Source of the DNA: Balanoglossus misakiensis
Taxonomy: Eukaryota; Animalia; Hemichordata
Assembly: GCA_040954595.2 (NCBI GenBank)
Contig: CM082578.2
Span: 9,719,519-9,783,518, forward strand
Reading direction: 5' to 3'
DNA length: 64,000 nt
The notes under the pieces are model-generated. The model was given only the letters and a program-made list of their open reading frames with translations, was not told the DNA's origin and searched no databases. This document shows positions 63,107 through 64,000 of this stretch, piece by piece. The first letter of the stretch is position 1; every line of letters begins with the position of its first letter. The position numbers and the translations under genes were made by a program.

Positions 63107-64000
63107 AGGGATTAATATCTGCGCCCATGTGCTATCAACGCAAATGTTTTATTAGGGCAGCGATTACCGACAAATTCTCATATGGCGATGGGTATGTTCG
63201 TCACCCCCCCAGCAGAAACACAAATACATCTGTTGCGTCACTTGCTTGTGTGGAAACCCTCAGTTGCTCTGCAAATGAAGACTGCTGCTGTAGGAAGTAT
63301 TAAGTTTTAATTTGGGCGGTATTACCCGTGCGACCACACACCTGTGTGCTGTTTGCCCAAGCCAGTGACACATGTTCTCAGGCTGGGAGTGCTGCGCCTT
63401 TCTTGTCCCCACAGCTTACGTGCAAATGTTGTCGTTTGGATCATTCGGGATTTGCTTCCTTCCTCTGTCAGGTATTTCCCAGCAATAAAAAGTGAAACGA
63501 AACGCTCCCAGAATCCGGCAGAGATCAGTGCTGGATGTTGTATTCATATCTGGTGGTTTAACTAGAAGTTGCGTCTAAAACGAATTTTTGACCCTCCCCC
63601 GAGTTAGGGCAGGGAAGATTGTAATGGCTAGGTGTTGCCATGGCAATTATCCCGAACAGCCTACCTGATCAGTTTTGTACTGTCATCGTTTGCTTTGTTT
63701 GCTCTCTAAATGGTGAAGTAAGATTTTCTGTACCTGTACAGAGTGTGAGTTAAGTTGTAAGATCCAGCGATTCAATGTATCACAGTGAGCAGAACAACAA
63801 AAATAATCGTTCAACACAAATAATGTCAAAAATGAGTGACTTTTCTCCTTTAAAGTCAATCCAAGGCTCCTGAGAGCTCCCACTTGGTGGTTTTCACTAT
63901 TTCCACAGTGTATGACATAGATGTGTTTCTTAGCAATCGACGCAGTTGTGTTTTTTGAGTCACTGTGATCTTTGTCCTGAAAAAAAGTATGAAGACCCAA

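Overview
Eukaryotic (animal, invertebrate-like) genomic DNA with spliceosomal introns; the ORF track is mostly noise. Three spliced protein-coding genes can be assembled by hand from splice signals and continuous reading frames. (1) A minus-strand gene (ATG 2670, 7 exons visible, running off the left edge) encodes an uncharacterised Cys/His-rich putative zinc-binding protein (FPH..C / C..CYCYVCD..A..C..W..HCNA motif) and appears to use one GC-AG intron. (2) A complete 10-exon GPKOW (Spp2-like G-patch/KOW splicing factor, 538 aa, 3111-6875, +) lies head-to-head with it. The 440-bp intergenic spacer carries five TGAGTCA sites and two outward-facing DR1-type motifs. (3) The first two coding exons of an LRIG-type signal-peptide/LRR gene (ATG 51744, +) are followed by an intron running off the right edge. 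Between GPKOW and LRIG lies a ~45-kb stretch with no recognisable gene. It contains a 1.45-kb non-autonomous CMC/EnSpm-like transposon with palindromic subterminal repeats, a 306-bp TTAA-flanked Kolobok-like MITE, a 54-bp foldback remnant, microsatellites, many G/C homopolymer runs and clusters of homeodomain, Pbx-Meis and RFX-type motifs, consistent with a regulatory landscape. I found no tRNA, rRNA, CRISPR or recognisable miRNA, and nothing I can support as a new multi-gene system. All coordinates were counted by eye and no database search was run.
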